From positions 20,956,001-21,020,000 of the forward strand of contig CM059427.1 of the NCBI GenBank assembly GCA_030390025.1: DNA of 64,000 nt, given 5' to 3'. This document shows, one piece after another, positions 38,215 to 50,494 of the stretch. The position numbers and the translations under genes were made by a program. This DNA comes from Squalus acanthias. Lineage: Eukaryota. Under the pieces are notes generated by a model. It did no database searches. It saw only the letters and a program-made list of their open reading frames with translations, and had not been told where the DNA came from. The number at the start of each line of letters is the position of its first letter. Within the stretch, counting starts at the first letter, position 1.

Positions 38215-39650
38215 CCACAAGAGAAAGCCTGCAGGTCTCTGCCCAAACCTGTAGATACCGTCCTGGAGAGAAGAGCGGCGCTTTCCAGCTCAGCGGGTCC
38301 TGACACTACCAAGAACAACATGCCTGTCGGGAGGTTGCTGACAAGGTGAACATGGTGCCCCTGACTCCACAGACCATGGATGAGGCAGGAACAAGTTCCA
38401 GCAACTTGCACAATATTACAAAGGTAAGCCAACATTAATACATAAACAAAGGATCAGGGGACAGCCATGGATTCTGAGGCCATCTATGGCAAACTGCTTG
38501 TACTGGAAATATCTTTTTGCCATTAGAATATGATGTAAATATGATGTGACAGTTACAATTAATGTGTTATTGGCTAGAATTAGTACAGATCTCCAAATAT
38601 GGGTAAACTTAACCTGGGTGTTACTGTAAATTCATCTTTGTAAGGAAAGCATGACAATTAACTCTCTGAAAATGGAGAGGAAAGTAAAATAGGGATGAGA
38701 TATATGTACACTCACCGTCATTCACCTTCTGTGTTTGAAATAGTATGAATTAATTGATATGCATGAATTGGTACAGCAAGGCATGAATGGCATATGCTAT
38801 TCTTAGATTCGAGTGTCCTACCGTTGACTTATCCATGCAGATAAAATTGCTACATCTGTTCACTATATCAGTGCCATTTGTTAAGAGAATATTTTGCTTC
38901 TTCTAGGTCAAGCTGAATTATAATACCAGAACACTGGAGAGGACAGTTCAAGGAGAATATCCTATTGTCCCAGAGACCTGCCTAGTTGAGATCCTTGGCA
39001 AACCACCTTCTAGAAATGAATATCTCACCTAAATGGGCGACCCACAACCCTACAAAGGTACGTGCATGCCTATGTACATAACATGTAGTGAGCTCAGTAT
39101 ATGTGTGTCAACCATCACAGCATTCAGGCAGTAAAGAAGGACAGTCATTTAAAATACGCTTCCATGATTGCATAGTAATATTAACATGTTCCCTGCTTTC
39201 CCGTGTGCTCTTTCCACAGGTGAAGGATGCACAAGTCTAGTCAATGGCAATTCTCAAGAGCAAGAGGAACAGCAAGAGGCGGAATGTCCCCCTTCCATAC
39301 ATTTTAGCAGCATGGAATTACCTAATTCATAGGATAGGGAGGTACAGCAGGATTGATTTGGTGAAGGTAACTGAATGGCTGTCAACAGGGGTGTCTTCAC
39401 AGAGGATTGGAGGTGTTGAACGAAGACCCCAGCCACTCCAAATCCTCTCCAAACAAGTGTGAGGAAGTAGGTCGCTCAACAGACCCCTTCGAGCAGAAGG
39501 TGTTGGACCTCCACTTCACTTGACTCCATCTGTGCAGCAAAGTCCTGATGCTCTGAGTGAGCCTGAGGTCTGAAGTGCAGCATGTGCGAGGTTCTGTGGC
39601 ACACTCTGTAACAGCCTTATTAAGTGCAGCTATGGAAGCCTTGAGTGGAA
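38215..39650 (+). pseudogene. Highly diverged Harbinger-type Myb/SANT gene remnant (exons ending 38423, 38907-39057, from 39220)
   Basis: VDTVLERRAAL..RPWM..RNKF..NLHNITK|GTAAG; ttctag|VKLNYNTRTLERT...|GTACG; ttccacag|. Exon phases match the Myb gene of element A; exon 2 has an in-frame stop. Confidence 0.5.
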
Positions 39651-40464
39651 AAATGCAATTTTAACTCATTAGGGGCAAACCTGCAAACCACCCTCTAGGA
39701 AGGAATGCAGCAGCTCCAACAGCTGCACTGTTTTGTGTTCCAATAGACTCGTGCCTTCATGAGGAAATGCATCCTACAGTGTGAGGAAAGGTAGGACTCA
39801 GAGTTTGCTGGTTGGCTATCAGGTTGGTGGAAGCCCTGTGTAAACAGAAGGGAGATTGTCAGTGAAATGTATCTCTGACCCCTTGGATTGTAAGGCAACA
39901 ACATCTTAGGAAGCCCAGGGTTGGTGGTGGCTAGAGGCAGAGGGCCTTCTGCTTTCCCAGACATTTCATAGTCACTAACCCTTGGTACATCCTGAAGAAC
40001 AGAGCAGGTGGAGGTAAATTAAGAACCAAAGTTTTGAGGAGCCATAGGTGCATGACCACACACAAACACACACACTCATTAAATTAATCTCACCAATTCA
40101 TTTGCTGCACGTAAATCTTTTCACGTTGATATAACTTTTCAGATATCACAGTTCTGTGCAGTGATACTTAGGGCACACACGATGATCTCATAGCAATGTA
40201 TGTTACTGTGCCACAAATTAAAACAACATATTGGCTATGTTTAGTTTGTAAATGCCAAAGGATATCAGCATATGCTCATGTTGATGATTACTGATGAGAT
40301 GTAGGACAACAGTGAGCAAGCAGATAGGAAGGGATTCATTACGCTGTCACAAGACAGATGTACCAGTGCATCAGCTTAGGCGAAGAAGTTGTCCACCAGT
40401 TGCTGCCAATGTTCTTCTCGTACCAGAAAATGTTCTTCCTGAAGGGACAGATGTTGTTGTTCTG

Positions 40465-41217
40465 GTGCCACACAAGTGCCAGGCAATGACTATCTCCAAC
40501 AAGAGAGAATCTAACCATCATCCCTTGACATTCAATGGCATAACCATCGCTGAATCCCCCACCATTGACATCCTGAGGGTCACCATTGACCAGAAACTTA
40601 ACTGGACCAGCCACATAAATACTGTGGCTGCAAGAGCAGGTCAGAGGCTGGGTATTCTGCGGCGAGTGTCTCACCTCCTGACTTCCCAAAGTCTTTCCAC
40701 CATCTACAAGGCACAAGTCAGGAGTGTGATGGAATACTCTCCACTTGCCTGGATGAGTGCAGCTCCAACAACACTCAAGAAGCTCGACACCATCTAGGAC
40801 AAAGCAGCCCGCTTGATTGGCACCCCATCCAACACCTTAAACATTCACTCCCTGCACCACCGACGCACCGTGGCTGCAGTGTGTACCATCTACAAGATGC
40901 ACTGCAGCGACTTGCCAAGAATTCTTCGGCAGCACCTCCCAAACCTGTGACCTCTACCACCTAGAAGGACAAGGGCAGCAGGCGCATGGGAACACCACCA
41001 CCTCCAAGTTCCCCTCCAAGTCACACACCATCCTGACTTGGAAATATATCACCGATCCTTCATCGTCACTGGGTCAAAATCCTGGAACTCCCTTCCTAAC
41101 AGCCCTGTGGGAGTATCAAGAAGGCAGCTCACCACCACCTTCTCAAGGGCAATTAGGATGGGCAATAAATGCTGGCCCTGCCTGCAACGCCCACATCCCA
41201 GGAATGAATTTAAAAAA
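40465..41217 (+). mobile_element. CR1-group LINE 'family B' 3' part
   Basis: PHKCQAMTISNKRESNH...LKKLDTI plus 3' end. Confidence 0.9.
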
Positions 41218-41821
41218 AGTTATATAGTCTGGGCAAGCCCCTCCCAGACCATATTGGGCATGGGAGCTCAGTGGGGTGAGGGGAGGGAGCAAAACATCGC
41301 AAGGAGTGGTTTTAACAGTTTTTCAGGTGCATGTAGTATGTAAGTATAACAATTAGACAATAACAAATACAGCAATTTGTAAAAGGAATGCAACCCTAAT
41401 AAAAATCATATTAAAGTGGAACAACTATGTACCATTAGCAATAGTTGGGATTTGTGTCTTGCACAGTGTTGTTGGTTCCAAAAATTGCACACCTCTAGTC
41501 CTCTTGAAGAACATTTACTGTATCATTCCATTATGGCCCCCTCCATCATGATCTTCTCCATGCCTTTCAATAGGGCAATGAAAATGTTATTTCTTTCAAT
41601 TCTTCAGAGAAACGATTTCTTCATGTCTCTTGTAAGTCTAAGCAACAACACTCACCTTTGATCATCCATCATTGGTATTTCTTCTATTGACATTCTTGAC
41701 CTTACTATTTCATCTGATCTCAAATGGAGCTACCACATCTCCTGGTGTTTCTATACCAGTCTCTGAGAAGCTTGGAGATTCTTTTGTGCCTAACATTTCT
41801 TTTGCTTTCAACAATTATTAT

Positions 41822-42716
41822 GGGGGAAAAATTTAGTTGGTTGCGCCTCCCGTTAGCGCCTTAAGAGGGCGCTAATGGGCCGCAAAGCAACTAGCGCCCG
41901 GGCGCGGCGATGTTTGCGCCGCTCGCGAAATTAACTAGACATTTTGCGGCGGCGCTAAACACTACCGCCACGATCTCCTGCGCCGGCAGACTGTGACATC
42001 AGTTGAGTGCGCAACGCCCCGGTAGCGCCCCCGAGCGGACCTTGAGTGGCGCCCCCTGCCTTACCGCCTGCCGCTAGCAACGACAGGTTGAGGGGAGCGT
42101 TTTGCAGTGAGGAAGGGACTGGGGGAGCGCTATTTAAAGTCGACCGCTTCCTGCCTTTTATTGTTGGTGACATTTTTGAACCACGCATTCTGAGAGAGAG
42201 AGAGAGAGAGACTTCTGGAGAGATTCAACGCTGTGTGAAGGAGTTTTGGGTACTGAGCAGCACTTTGCAGGTTCATTTTGATTTGCCCTTCCTTGTATCG
42301 ATTTAGAAGAGACTTGGGGGGCTGCACTCTGAGCTCTTTCCCTGGATCTCTCCATTGTTCTTTCCAGCAGATTTGCTGTACAGGTCTCTCCAGGCCGAGA
42401 TTCAAGGCTGCAATGAGCAGGATGTGGTTGGAAAGCAAGATCAACCCTCCCCTTTAAGAACTGGCCCGCGCCATTGTGTGTGTGTTCCATTGCTGACTGA
42501 CATCACATGAGCTTCGCCAGCGCTCTGAGGTAGCGCCTCGCTCCTCGGCCTTTGCGCCTTATGACAGGTGTGAAGCGCCTGATTTAGCGCTCCAATCACC
42601 TCCAGGGGCGATAAAAGTCAAGTTTGCAGTCGGAGGCGATAATTAGCGCCAGGCGCTAATCTTTGCGCCTGGCCGATAATTGTGCCCCAAATGGGGCGAT
42701 ACTGAATTTCTCCCCC
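41822..42716 (-). mobile_element. Harbinger-type non-autonomous element H1, copy 3
   Basis: TIRs GGGGGAAAAATTTAGT / GGGGGAGAAATTCAGT; TSD TAT/TAT. Confidence 0.9.
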
Positions 42717-42894
42717 TATGTCTTTATAAAGTTCAATTTCCATTTAAGAGCTGAAAACTACTCGTGTACCTGGGGAGACTCTTCAAACACCTCTCACACT
42801 CATGGGCAGGAAGCAAAGGAAAAGCTAGTTGCCTAATCAGCAATCTCTCTCACTTCTAACCTCCAAATTCTGTCTTTCCATCCTAAGATTCCTA

Positions 42895-43783
42895 GGGAGA
42901 GAAATTCGGTATCGCCCCATTTGGGGCGCAATTATCGGCGGGGCGCAAAGTTTAGCGCCTGGCGCTAATTATCGCCTGCGACTGCAAACTTGGCTTCTAT
43001 CGCCCCTGGAGGTGATTGGAGCGCTAAATCAGGCGCTACACACCTCTCTTAAGGCGCTAACGCCGAGGAGCGAGGTGCTATCTCAGAGCGCTGGCGAAGC
43101 TCATGTGATGTCAGTCAGCAATGGAACACAGACACACTGGCGCTGGCCAGTTCTTAAAGGGGAGGGTCGATCTTGCTCTCTATCCACACCTTGCTCATTG
43201 CAGCCTTGAATCTCGGCTTGGAGAGACCTGTACATCAAATCTGCTGGAAAGAACAATGGAGAGGCCCAGGGAAATATGTCAGAGTGCAGCCCCCACAGTC
43301 TCTTCTAAATTGATGCAAGGAAGATCAAATCAAAATGAACCTGCAAAGTGCTGCTCAGTACCGAAAACTCCTCAACACAGCGTTGAATTTCTCCAGAAGT
43401 CTCTCTCACTCAGAATGCGTGGTTCAAAAATGTCGCCGGAAAAAAAAGGCAGGAACCGGTCGCCTTTAAATAGCACTCCCCCAGTCCCTTCCCGACTGCA
43501 AAACGCTCCCCTCAACCTGTTGTTGCTAGCGGCAGGCGGTAAGGCAGGGGGGAGCCACTCAATATCTGGTCCGGGATGCTACCGGGGCGTTGCACGCTCG
43601 ACTGACATCACGATCTGCGGGCGCAGGAGATCGTGGTGGTAGTGTTTAGCGCCGCCGCAAAATGTCTGGTCAATTTCGCGAGCGGCGCAAACATCGCCGC
43701 ACCCGGGCGCTAGTTGCTTTGCGCCCCATTAGCGCCCTCTTAAGGCGCTAACGGGAGGCGCAAACCAACCAAATTTTTCCCCC
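42895..43783 (+). mobile_element. Harbinger-type non-autonomous element H1, copy 4
   Basis: TIRs GGGAGAGAAATTCGGT / GGGGGAAAAATTTGGT; TSD CTA/CTA. Confidence 0.9.
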
Positions 43784-45603
43784 CTAGTTTGTCTCTATTT
43801 TATTAATGTGCATGATCCTCTGAACTTTCTGTTCTAATTCCTTGTAAGTTGCAAATGTGCCCGCCTACACATCCCACCTTGCATTCTTTCTGTGTTAGTA
43901 TCAAGAGTTATTACATAATTTCTTACTCTAACTCATTATTTCGCAGAACCTGTAAACTATAGTACTTTGTAGCTTCTGTAGGGATTCCTTCTTAGTTTTT
44001 GAAAGCTGTTAACATTGTAAGGGGAATTGATGCTGCTGTGGTTTTCAGTTTCCAGTGAATGTGAGGTCAAAACAAAGAATGTTTCTAATTTTTGTGTTAC
44101 CTAAATATTGTTCAGTGCAGCATTAATGAAATACAAATTTGAAAGATTAAAATAATATCTACACTTGTATAATAAGCTCCTGAGGGATGTTATTATCTTA
44201 AACACTACCATACCTAACCTGAGAATGCTTGACGATGTGGTTGGTTTTTAAATAGATAAAATTACATTCTGAAGTAAAGTCTTTAATTACCTTGAAGCTA
44301 AATGTATAAAACGCTTTAACTCTTATGTTACAACAGAAAATTAATGAAGGTTTTTTTTTAATAAATAACTGTTGACTAGTTCCAAAATGAGTAATTAAAT
44401 TTGATATTGCACTGTGATTTGACTTAGTGGGCTGAATTCCCCCTGCCCCCACCAAGCCAGCAGTGTGTCTGAATCCAACTGAACTTGAACCTGGCTGAAC
44501 CAACTTAGATTTCCAGGTTCAGTGCATTTGCATGGGCTGAGGATATGTCGGTTGAGAATACCGCCTGTGAATGGATGCTGGCCCAAGGTGGGTGGAGGGA
44601 AGTTAAGTACTGCTGCAAGTTTAATTCTCAGCAGAGTCTGCAAAAATAGCAGTCAGATGGTCTCCAGCCCCACAGTAAAGCCATGCTGCACCTTACACAG
44701 AAAGATTAAAATGTCTGAATTGTTACGAGGTTGCTTGCGGCCTTTTATTATATCCTCTAATTGAAGGATTGGCCAGCAACCTCTAATGCCTATTTTCTTG
44801 GACGCTCTTTTTCTTTCTGCTAGGTGACAGGCGAAATCCCCAGAGAATGATATGGGAGGCATGGTGATGTCATTCCCATGTGACTTACATGAGCTCTTCG
44901 CCCATGGCTGGGGATGCCCCTGAAAATGCATCTCAACACAAAGCAGCAGAGATGCTATGGGACTCTGCTCCAGTTTCCCCTGCCTAATTCCTCAGAATCC
45001 GGTGCACACAAGACATCAGGCAAAGAAAGAAATGGGTTTTATTGTTTATGTGAGGAAAGGGCTTATTGAAAGCATAGTGAATGATTGTAAACAAAATAGA
45101 GAGACGAGGTTTTCTGAAAACAAACCCATTCCAACATCCCCTGAATTCCTGATATAAATCCAGCTCTGCTACATGGACTGACCTTGACATTGGGCAGGCG
45201 TTTTACTATCTTATAATATAGACAATGTATGCTAAGAGCTTTTTTGGAACTAAGATAAAGCACTCGAGTCTTATCTATGAATATAGGTTTCAATGTTGTA
45301 GATTATTTTTCAGTGAATCGGAACTGAAACCAGTTGCGACTGTGGCCAAGCTAGAAACCCAACTGAAACAAATGATGTTTTTCAGGAGACTCCGTGCCAT
45401 CATCGAGGCCTTGTAAAATCACATGCACGGTTCTTGTTTCTGTCCTTTGAAATCAACGGGTGGAAAATTGCAGGAAGCGCACCCACGATTTTGCAAAGCC
45501 TGTCACGTGTGTGCATGGTCACTCCAGTGGCACAGGGTTTTGCAAAGTTTATCTTAAGATTGTCTTTCTCAACCTGACTGAGTGAGGCAGGTTCAATAGA
45601 AAA

Positions 45604-45719
45604 CTGCAGCGGATCAAGAAGGCGGCTCACCACCACCTTCTCAAGGGCAGCTAGGGATGGGCTATAAATGCTGGCCTTACCAGCGACGCACAGATCCCAT
45701 AAAAACGAATATAAAAAAA
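45604..45719 (+). mobile_element. Family B LINE 3' tail fragment
   Basis: ctgcagcggatcaagaaggcggctcaccaccacc...cccataaaaacgaatataaaaaaa. Confidence 0.85.
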
Positions 45720-46995
45720 GTTACCAATGCCCCACTGCATGGTCCTGATTTATGACATATTTGCTAATAAGCAGATTCATTCTATTGTTTATTATTTCAA
45801 ATTATTGACTATTGTTACTTTTTTAAGTTTCTTTCAGGTAACACTTCGAAGAAGGTCTCCAGAGCATCTCCAGAGGTTGTATTCAACAAATTATTTATAA
45901 ATTGAATTCCTACCCTAGTGGAAATTCCAGTTGTTTCCACTGAAATGGTTTCTATTGGCCAACAGTTGCAATTGTGTTTTAAGACATGGTTAGCTGGCCA
46001 ACTGGGATATCAGTTGGCAATTGAATAGACACTTGAGAGGAACTTAAGTTCCTTTCTATTTACTCAATTTGAAGAGACTCAAATGTGTGAGATGTTCCCC
46101 AAAAAAATCACAAATCAGCCTGCCAGCTAATTGTGACCCTTCTTTCATATCACATTGTTTAAAGTTCCTTCTTAATGTGGAGAAATATTCTGGGTGCTAC
46201 AGTGTCTGATGGAAATTAAAGAGTATAAATCTTATATGTAAGAATTTCTTACAAATACAATGCTGAAGTAGTAGAAAATCCGATTGAAAGTTCCCACTGC
46301 TGGTGAACCACAGAGCTCCCAGTAGAAACCAATAAGAAACGTGCTCACCCAGTTTATGGCCAGCAGATATGATTACTGTATGAATTAGTAAAAACTAAGA
46401 TTCTGTTGACAAGCCAACCCCTAAGTGATGTTAAGAATTGGTATGTATGAGGAACAAATTCAGAATTCTTAAAACAGACTTTCACCCATCCCCTCAACAC
46501 TTAACATTGAAATTGCCTATGTGAACATTTAGGGGGGTGAAATTCCCCTTGAGGGCCGTTTGGGGCCCTAAGTAAAAAGTGTTTGGAAATTTAGCGCCAG
46601 GTGCTAATCTTTTCAAACATTAGTTAAATTCCCATTTTTTCTTCCAAGAGGGAAGTGGAGCTAAATCAAGCGTTCCGCTTACCTCTTGGAGCGCAAGAGG
46701 CGAGGAATGTCCCGATCCGGGGTGAAATGCTCAGCAGCGCCACAAGTGGCCAAGCGTGGCGCTGCTGCGTTGCAGGGGCTCTTCCCTCCATTAAAGGGAA
46801 GAGCCCCACATTCCGAGCTCTGCAGGTTTATTTTTAGATATGTGGGCCACTGGGGAGCGGCAGTGCTGCGCGATCATGTAGAGTGCTGGGCTGACCGATT
46901 GCGGCATGGACGCCGCGACCGGTGGCCGAAAATAAATATAAAAAATAATTGGTAGATTTTTTTGGCCGGCCGCCCACCGCACCTTTAACATCAAT

Positions 46996-47180
46996 ACCAA
47001 AGCAAAATACTGCGGATGTTGGAAATCTGAAATAAAAACAGAAAATGCTGGAAATACTCAGCAGGTCAGGCAGCATCTGTAGAGAGAGAAACAGAGTTAA
47101 CGTTTCAGGTTGATGACCCTTCGTCAGAACTGGAAAAAGTTGGAGATGTAACAGGTTTTTAAGCAAGTGTAGGGGCAGGG
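46996..47180 (-). mobile_element. Penelope terminal-repeat fragment
   Basis: Homologous to 8095-8250. Confidence 0.75.
47095..47131 (-). ncRNA. Minimal hammerhead ribozyme motif
   Basis: Minus strand reads AGTT-CTGACGA-AGGGTCATCAACCT-GAAA-CGTT-AACT. Confidence 0.7.
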
Positions 47181-47919
47181 AGCCCCGTGAGCAGCCGGCC
47201 TCAGTGTTTGCGACCCCTGCAGCAGTCGGTAACATTGCCCGGCGCTGCTGCGGGGTGCGATTGCGAATTTATCTTTCGAGGCGCTGCGCCAGGAGATGAC
47301 GCCATGATCTCCGGGCGCAGAAGATCGGGGTGCTACCCGGTAACACTGGCGCTAACCTCCCGCAGAATTTCACGATAGGCGCGGTTATCACCTCGGTGGG
47401 GGGGGGCAAAGCCATTCACGCCCCGTTAGCGCCTCCCACTGGAGGCGCAAATGAGGGGAATTTCACCCCCTTAGAATGAAATCCTGTATGTAAACAGTTG
47501 CCTGCAACAGTGTAGTTTCAGGCTCTGACCAGTAGATGGCACTGTAGAGAGAGTTTCTGAAGTCTCCCAACTCCATTACCAACTTGAACATAAAAACATA
47601 TTTATAACTCACTTTGGGCAACACTATGGGTAATTTACTAGTATTAAAAAAGTAGTTATTTGTGAACTGGTGGCCATTGGAATTTCTACAAGGGTACAGC
47701 ATGTTTTTCAAATGTTCTAAAATGTTCTGTATAGCATCCGTCTAACTCTGAGTTTGAATATAAGGAATAACTATATTGCTGCATACTGCATGTATTTTAA
47801 CATTAAAACATGTACCGTACTGAACATTTTATACGATATCCTAGTTAAAAAATTAAACTAAAATCTTACAAACTCCTTTATAATTTCTTCAAATAGCTCC
47901 CCCAAAAACTGAGCAATTT

Positions 47920-48284
47920 TATTCAGTGAGTAGCTGAGCAATAATGACCAGAAAGGTCCCAGGTTTATCTCGGGTCTGTGCTGAATTAGCTGGTCTCAGC
48001 TGGGCCAATGGAAGGAGTAACGCCGGGTTAGAGAAGGAAAAGTGGACAGAGTTCCTGCTCCTCATTGCTATCCAGCAACTCCTGCAGGAAGTACGTGTGC
48101 ATGGACTTGGGGTGAAGACAGGATCAGGTTTAGGCTAAAATGCTCCCATGGTAATAGCCAGATAACACTCACTGTCAAGGCTTACACGTTAATAACATTT
48201 GGTCAAGGTACTGGAGGGTGTCCGATGCATCTAGAGCTGTAGTCCTGCAAGGAGTCAATAGCTTCAGGAAATGAGGGGAAAAAA
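47920..48284 (+). mobile_element. Ancient tRNA-related SINE, AmnSINE2-like
   Basis: gttcctgctcctcattgctatccag..., gacaggatcagg..., acactcactgtcaaggct..., ttcaggaaatgagggg resemble the AmnSINE2 consensus as I recall it; not verified by search. Confidence 0.55.
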
Positions 48285-48559
48285 CGAATCTTGTAGAGAA
48301 AATAAAACACCTTCAGATAACAGTCCTGCCAAAAAGAAATGTTATGATACCTTATTCTATGCTTTCAAGATCTTTACAGTTAATTTTGGTTGGGGAAACA
48401 CAGTGGTTACCTCAGACCATCAACATAGCAACTGTGACCAGTCCAACAACTGTTTTACAGAAGCAGTTGAGTAATTCTATTTTGACAGAGGTACTGTTCC
48501 TTGCATCCTTCCCTCTTTCCCATATAAACACTTACACTTCTTAAGTCAGTGGCAGATAC

Positions 48560-48805
48560 AGAGAAGTCGAGACTAAAGGGGTTGGTTTTAATATCCAGTG
48601 GATTTGGGTTTGCCACAGGAAGTGGTTGAGGCAGAGACCACTGTACCGTATCAGGCAAAAGTTAATAAATATTTGAAGGAGAAGAAGATAAAGGGCTATG
48701 GTGAGAGTGGGGGCGTGGTTTAGTTTTGGATTGCTCTAGCAAAGAGGCAACACAAATACAATAGGCCAAATGGCCTCCTTCTGTGTTATAAACTTCTATG
48801 GTTCT
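48560..48805 (+). mobile_element. Degraded CR1 3' fragment
   Basis: ttgccacaggaagtggttgaggcagag...ggccaaatggcctccttctgtgttataaacttctatg. Confidence 0.7.
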
Positions 48806-48809
48806 ACAC

Positions 48810-48986
48810 CAATCAGGATTAGGAACTGCTTTCTAGCCCAGCAGCACTGAAGGGAATTATAGTGCCCCTACTAAATTAAGCTACCTCAACACAGACCAGG
48901 GGTCAAAGCTGCTACCTTCCTAGTCTGCATGGTTCAGTACTGTACTTTGTCACACAATGCCTTTACCTACTGGTCCATCAGGGGCA
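48810..48986 (-). mobile_element. 5' part of a second AmnSINE2-like copy
   Basis: Minus strand cagactaggaagg...cctggtctgtgttgaggtagct...gttcctaatcctgattg aligns with 47940-48070. Confidence 0.45.
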
Positions 48987-49343
48987 CTCTCTCCCCTTTC
49001 ACAGAATGTACAAGAATTCAAATCATTTGTTTGCAATATCTGAGAGTAAATGAAATTTCTGATACTTAAATAGGCACTGTGTTATAAGAATATTTTAACC
49101 AGTTGGATTTCTTTGACTGATAATCCAAAATTATTCTAGAATTTATGATGTTCAATGAACAGAGATAGAAATATACTTTATTAATCCTTTTTAGACTGGC
49201 AAGACACTTATTATCTGTTCAGTGCATTTATGTGATTCTTATCTAATCTGTTCAGATGTTTTTCAACTAAATAAATGCTGGCAAGATCTGTACACCACTA
49301 AAACTGGAACTGGGTAACCAATCTTTTGTATTTTCTTGCATAG

Positions 49344-49502
49344 GATCGTCGCTTCAGAGATGAAATTGATAAGCTGACAGGATACAAGACAAAATCTCTG
49401 TTGTGCATGCCGATTCGAAACAGTGACGGTGAGATTATTGGTGTCGCCCAAGCTATAAACAAAAATCCAGGAGGCGCTCCCTTCACTGAGGATGATGAAA
49501 AG
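49344..49502 (+). CDS. PDE11A: Internal coding exon of dual cAMP/cGMP phosphodiesterase 11A (GAF-A domain)
   Basis: Polypyrimidine tract plus TAG acceptor and GTTAGA donor; 159 bp = 53 codons, [53 protein letters not shown]. It carries the GAF NK..F..DE motif and closely matches the PDE11A sequence as I recall it. Confidence 0.93.
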
Positions 49503-50494
49503 GTTAGATTTTATTTCTTGTTCATTTATGATTATCTTTTAATAGCTATATTTATAATAAAACTAAACTTATAGCACAAAGCACAGTAGTTGTCCTTTAT
49601 ATTTTTTGATGATTTCAATAAAGCACTTTATTAAAGTACATTATATACCAAACCCATTGTGGTTTGAGGAGAGTCATTACATAAAATGGATTCCAATGCT
49701 ATTGAAATAACTTGACAATGGCAATGTAAATATGCATCCAATGTAGTGCAAGCTTTGAAAATTTTGAGATTGCCTGGAACAGTGTATCATTGCTGAGGTA
49801 CAATATGATACTTTGATTACTATTACATTAAATATGTGCCTCGTATTTTCTTTAGATGTTAATGATTAAAAATGACATTCAGAATAGAAAAGTGAATTTT
49901 TGGTCTGGGTAAATATTGCAGCAATATTATGTGGTCTACACAAAATTCTATAATGTTTTGCTCTTACAAGACTTAACGGAAAAACACTATTCGGTAGTGT
50001 TGTAAATTGCCCGAAGGACAATTTTACATGGTAGTTTCAGCAATCTAAAAGTACAAATTTTATACATTTTAAAACTATTATTTATGAGCAACACTGAAAT
50101 TGTTGAGCTGTAATCCACTTGTGAAATTTCTTGAATGGAATGGACTCTAATTTGTTTCACTGCTTTAATTAGCAGGGCATCTTAAAAATATCATACATAT
50201 TTAAAAAAATTACAGCACTGTAATGATATATAAGAATTTTCCCAATCCATCATTAAGGGAACAGATGTGCCTGTCAAACCTTTGTTATTTTCAAACAAGT
50301 ACACACAAAAGAGCGACTGTAAGTAATCTCAGGCTAACAGTAAAAGACACTGAGGTGCTAATTTGTCTTGGGTGGTAGCACAAAATGGGCAATAGCGAAT
50401 TGGCAGCCTGTTTTACACCCCACCAATCTTTTTCCACACACTATTGTTTTACAATCAGTTTTATATACTTGATATGAATAATACCTTTGAAGTA

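Larger units (their letters stand above)
46532..47470. mobile_element. Harbinger-type MITE (family H4) with Penelope fragment inserted
   Basis: Perfect 16-bp TIR GGGGGTGAAATTCCCC; TTA flanks; shares TTAGCGCC motifs with H1. Confidence 0.8.

Noticed and set aside
43121-43642. 173-aa ORF (MEHRHTGAGQFLKGRVD...) recurring four times, suggesting a novel gene family
   Set aside because: It lies within the H1 transposon; the copies have different stops and frameshifts (75, 110, 126, 173 aa), consistent with neutral decay.
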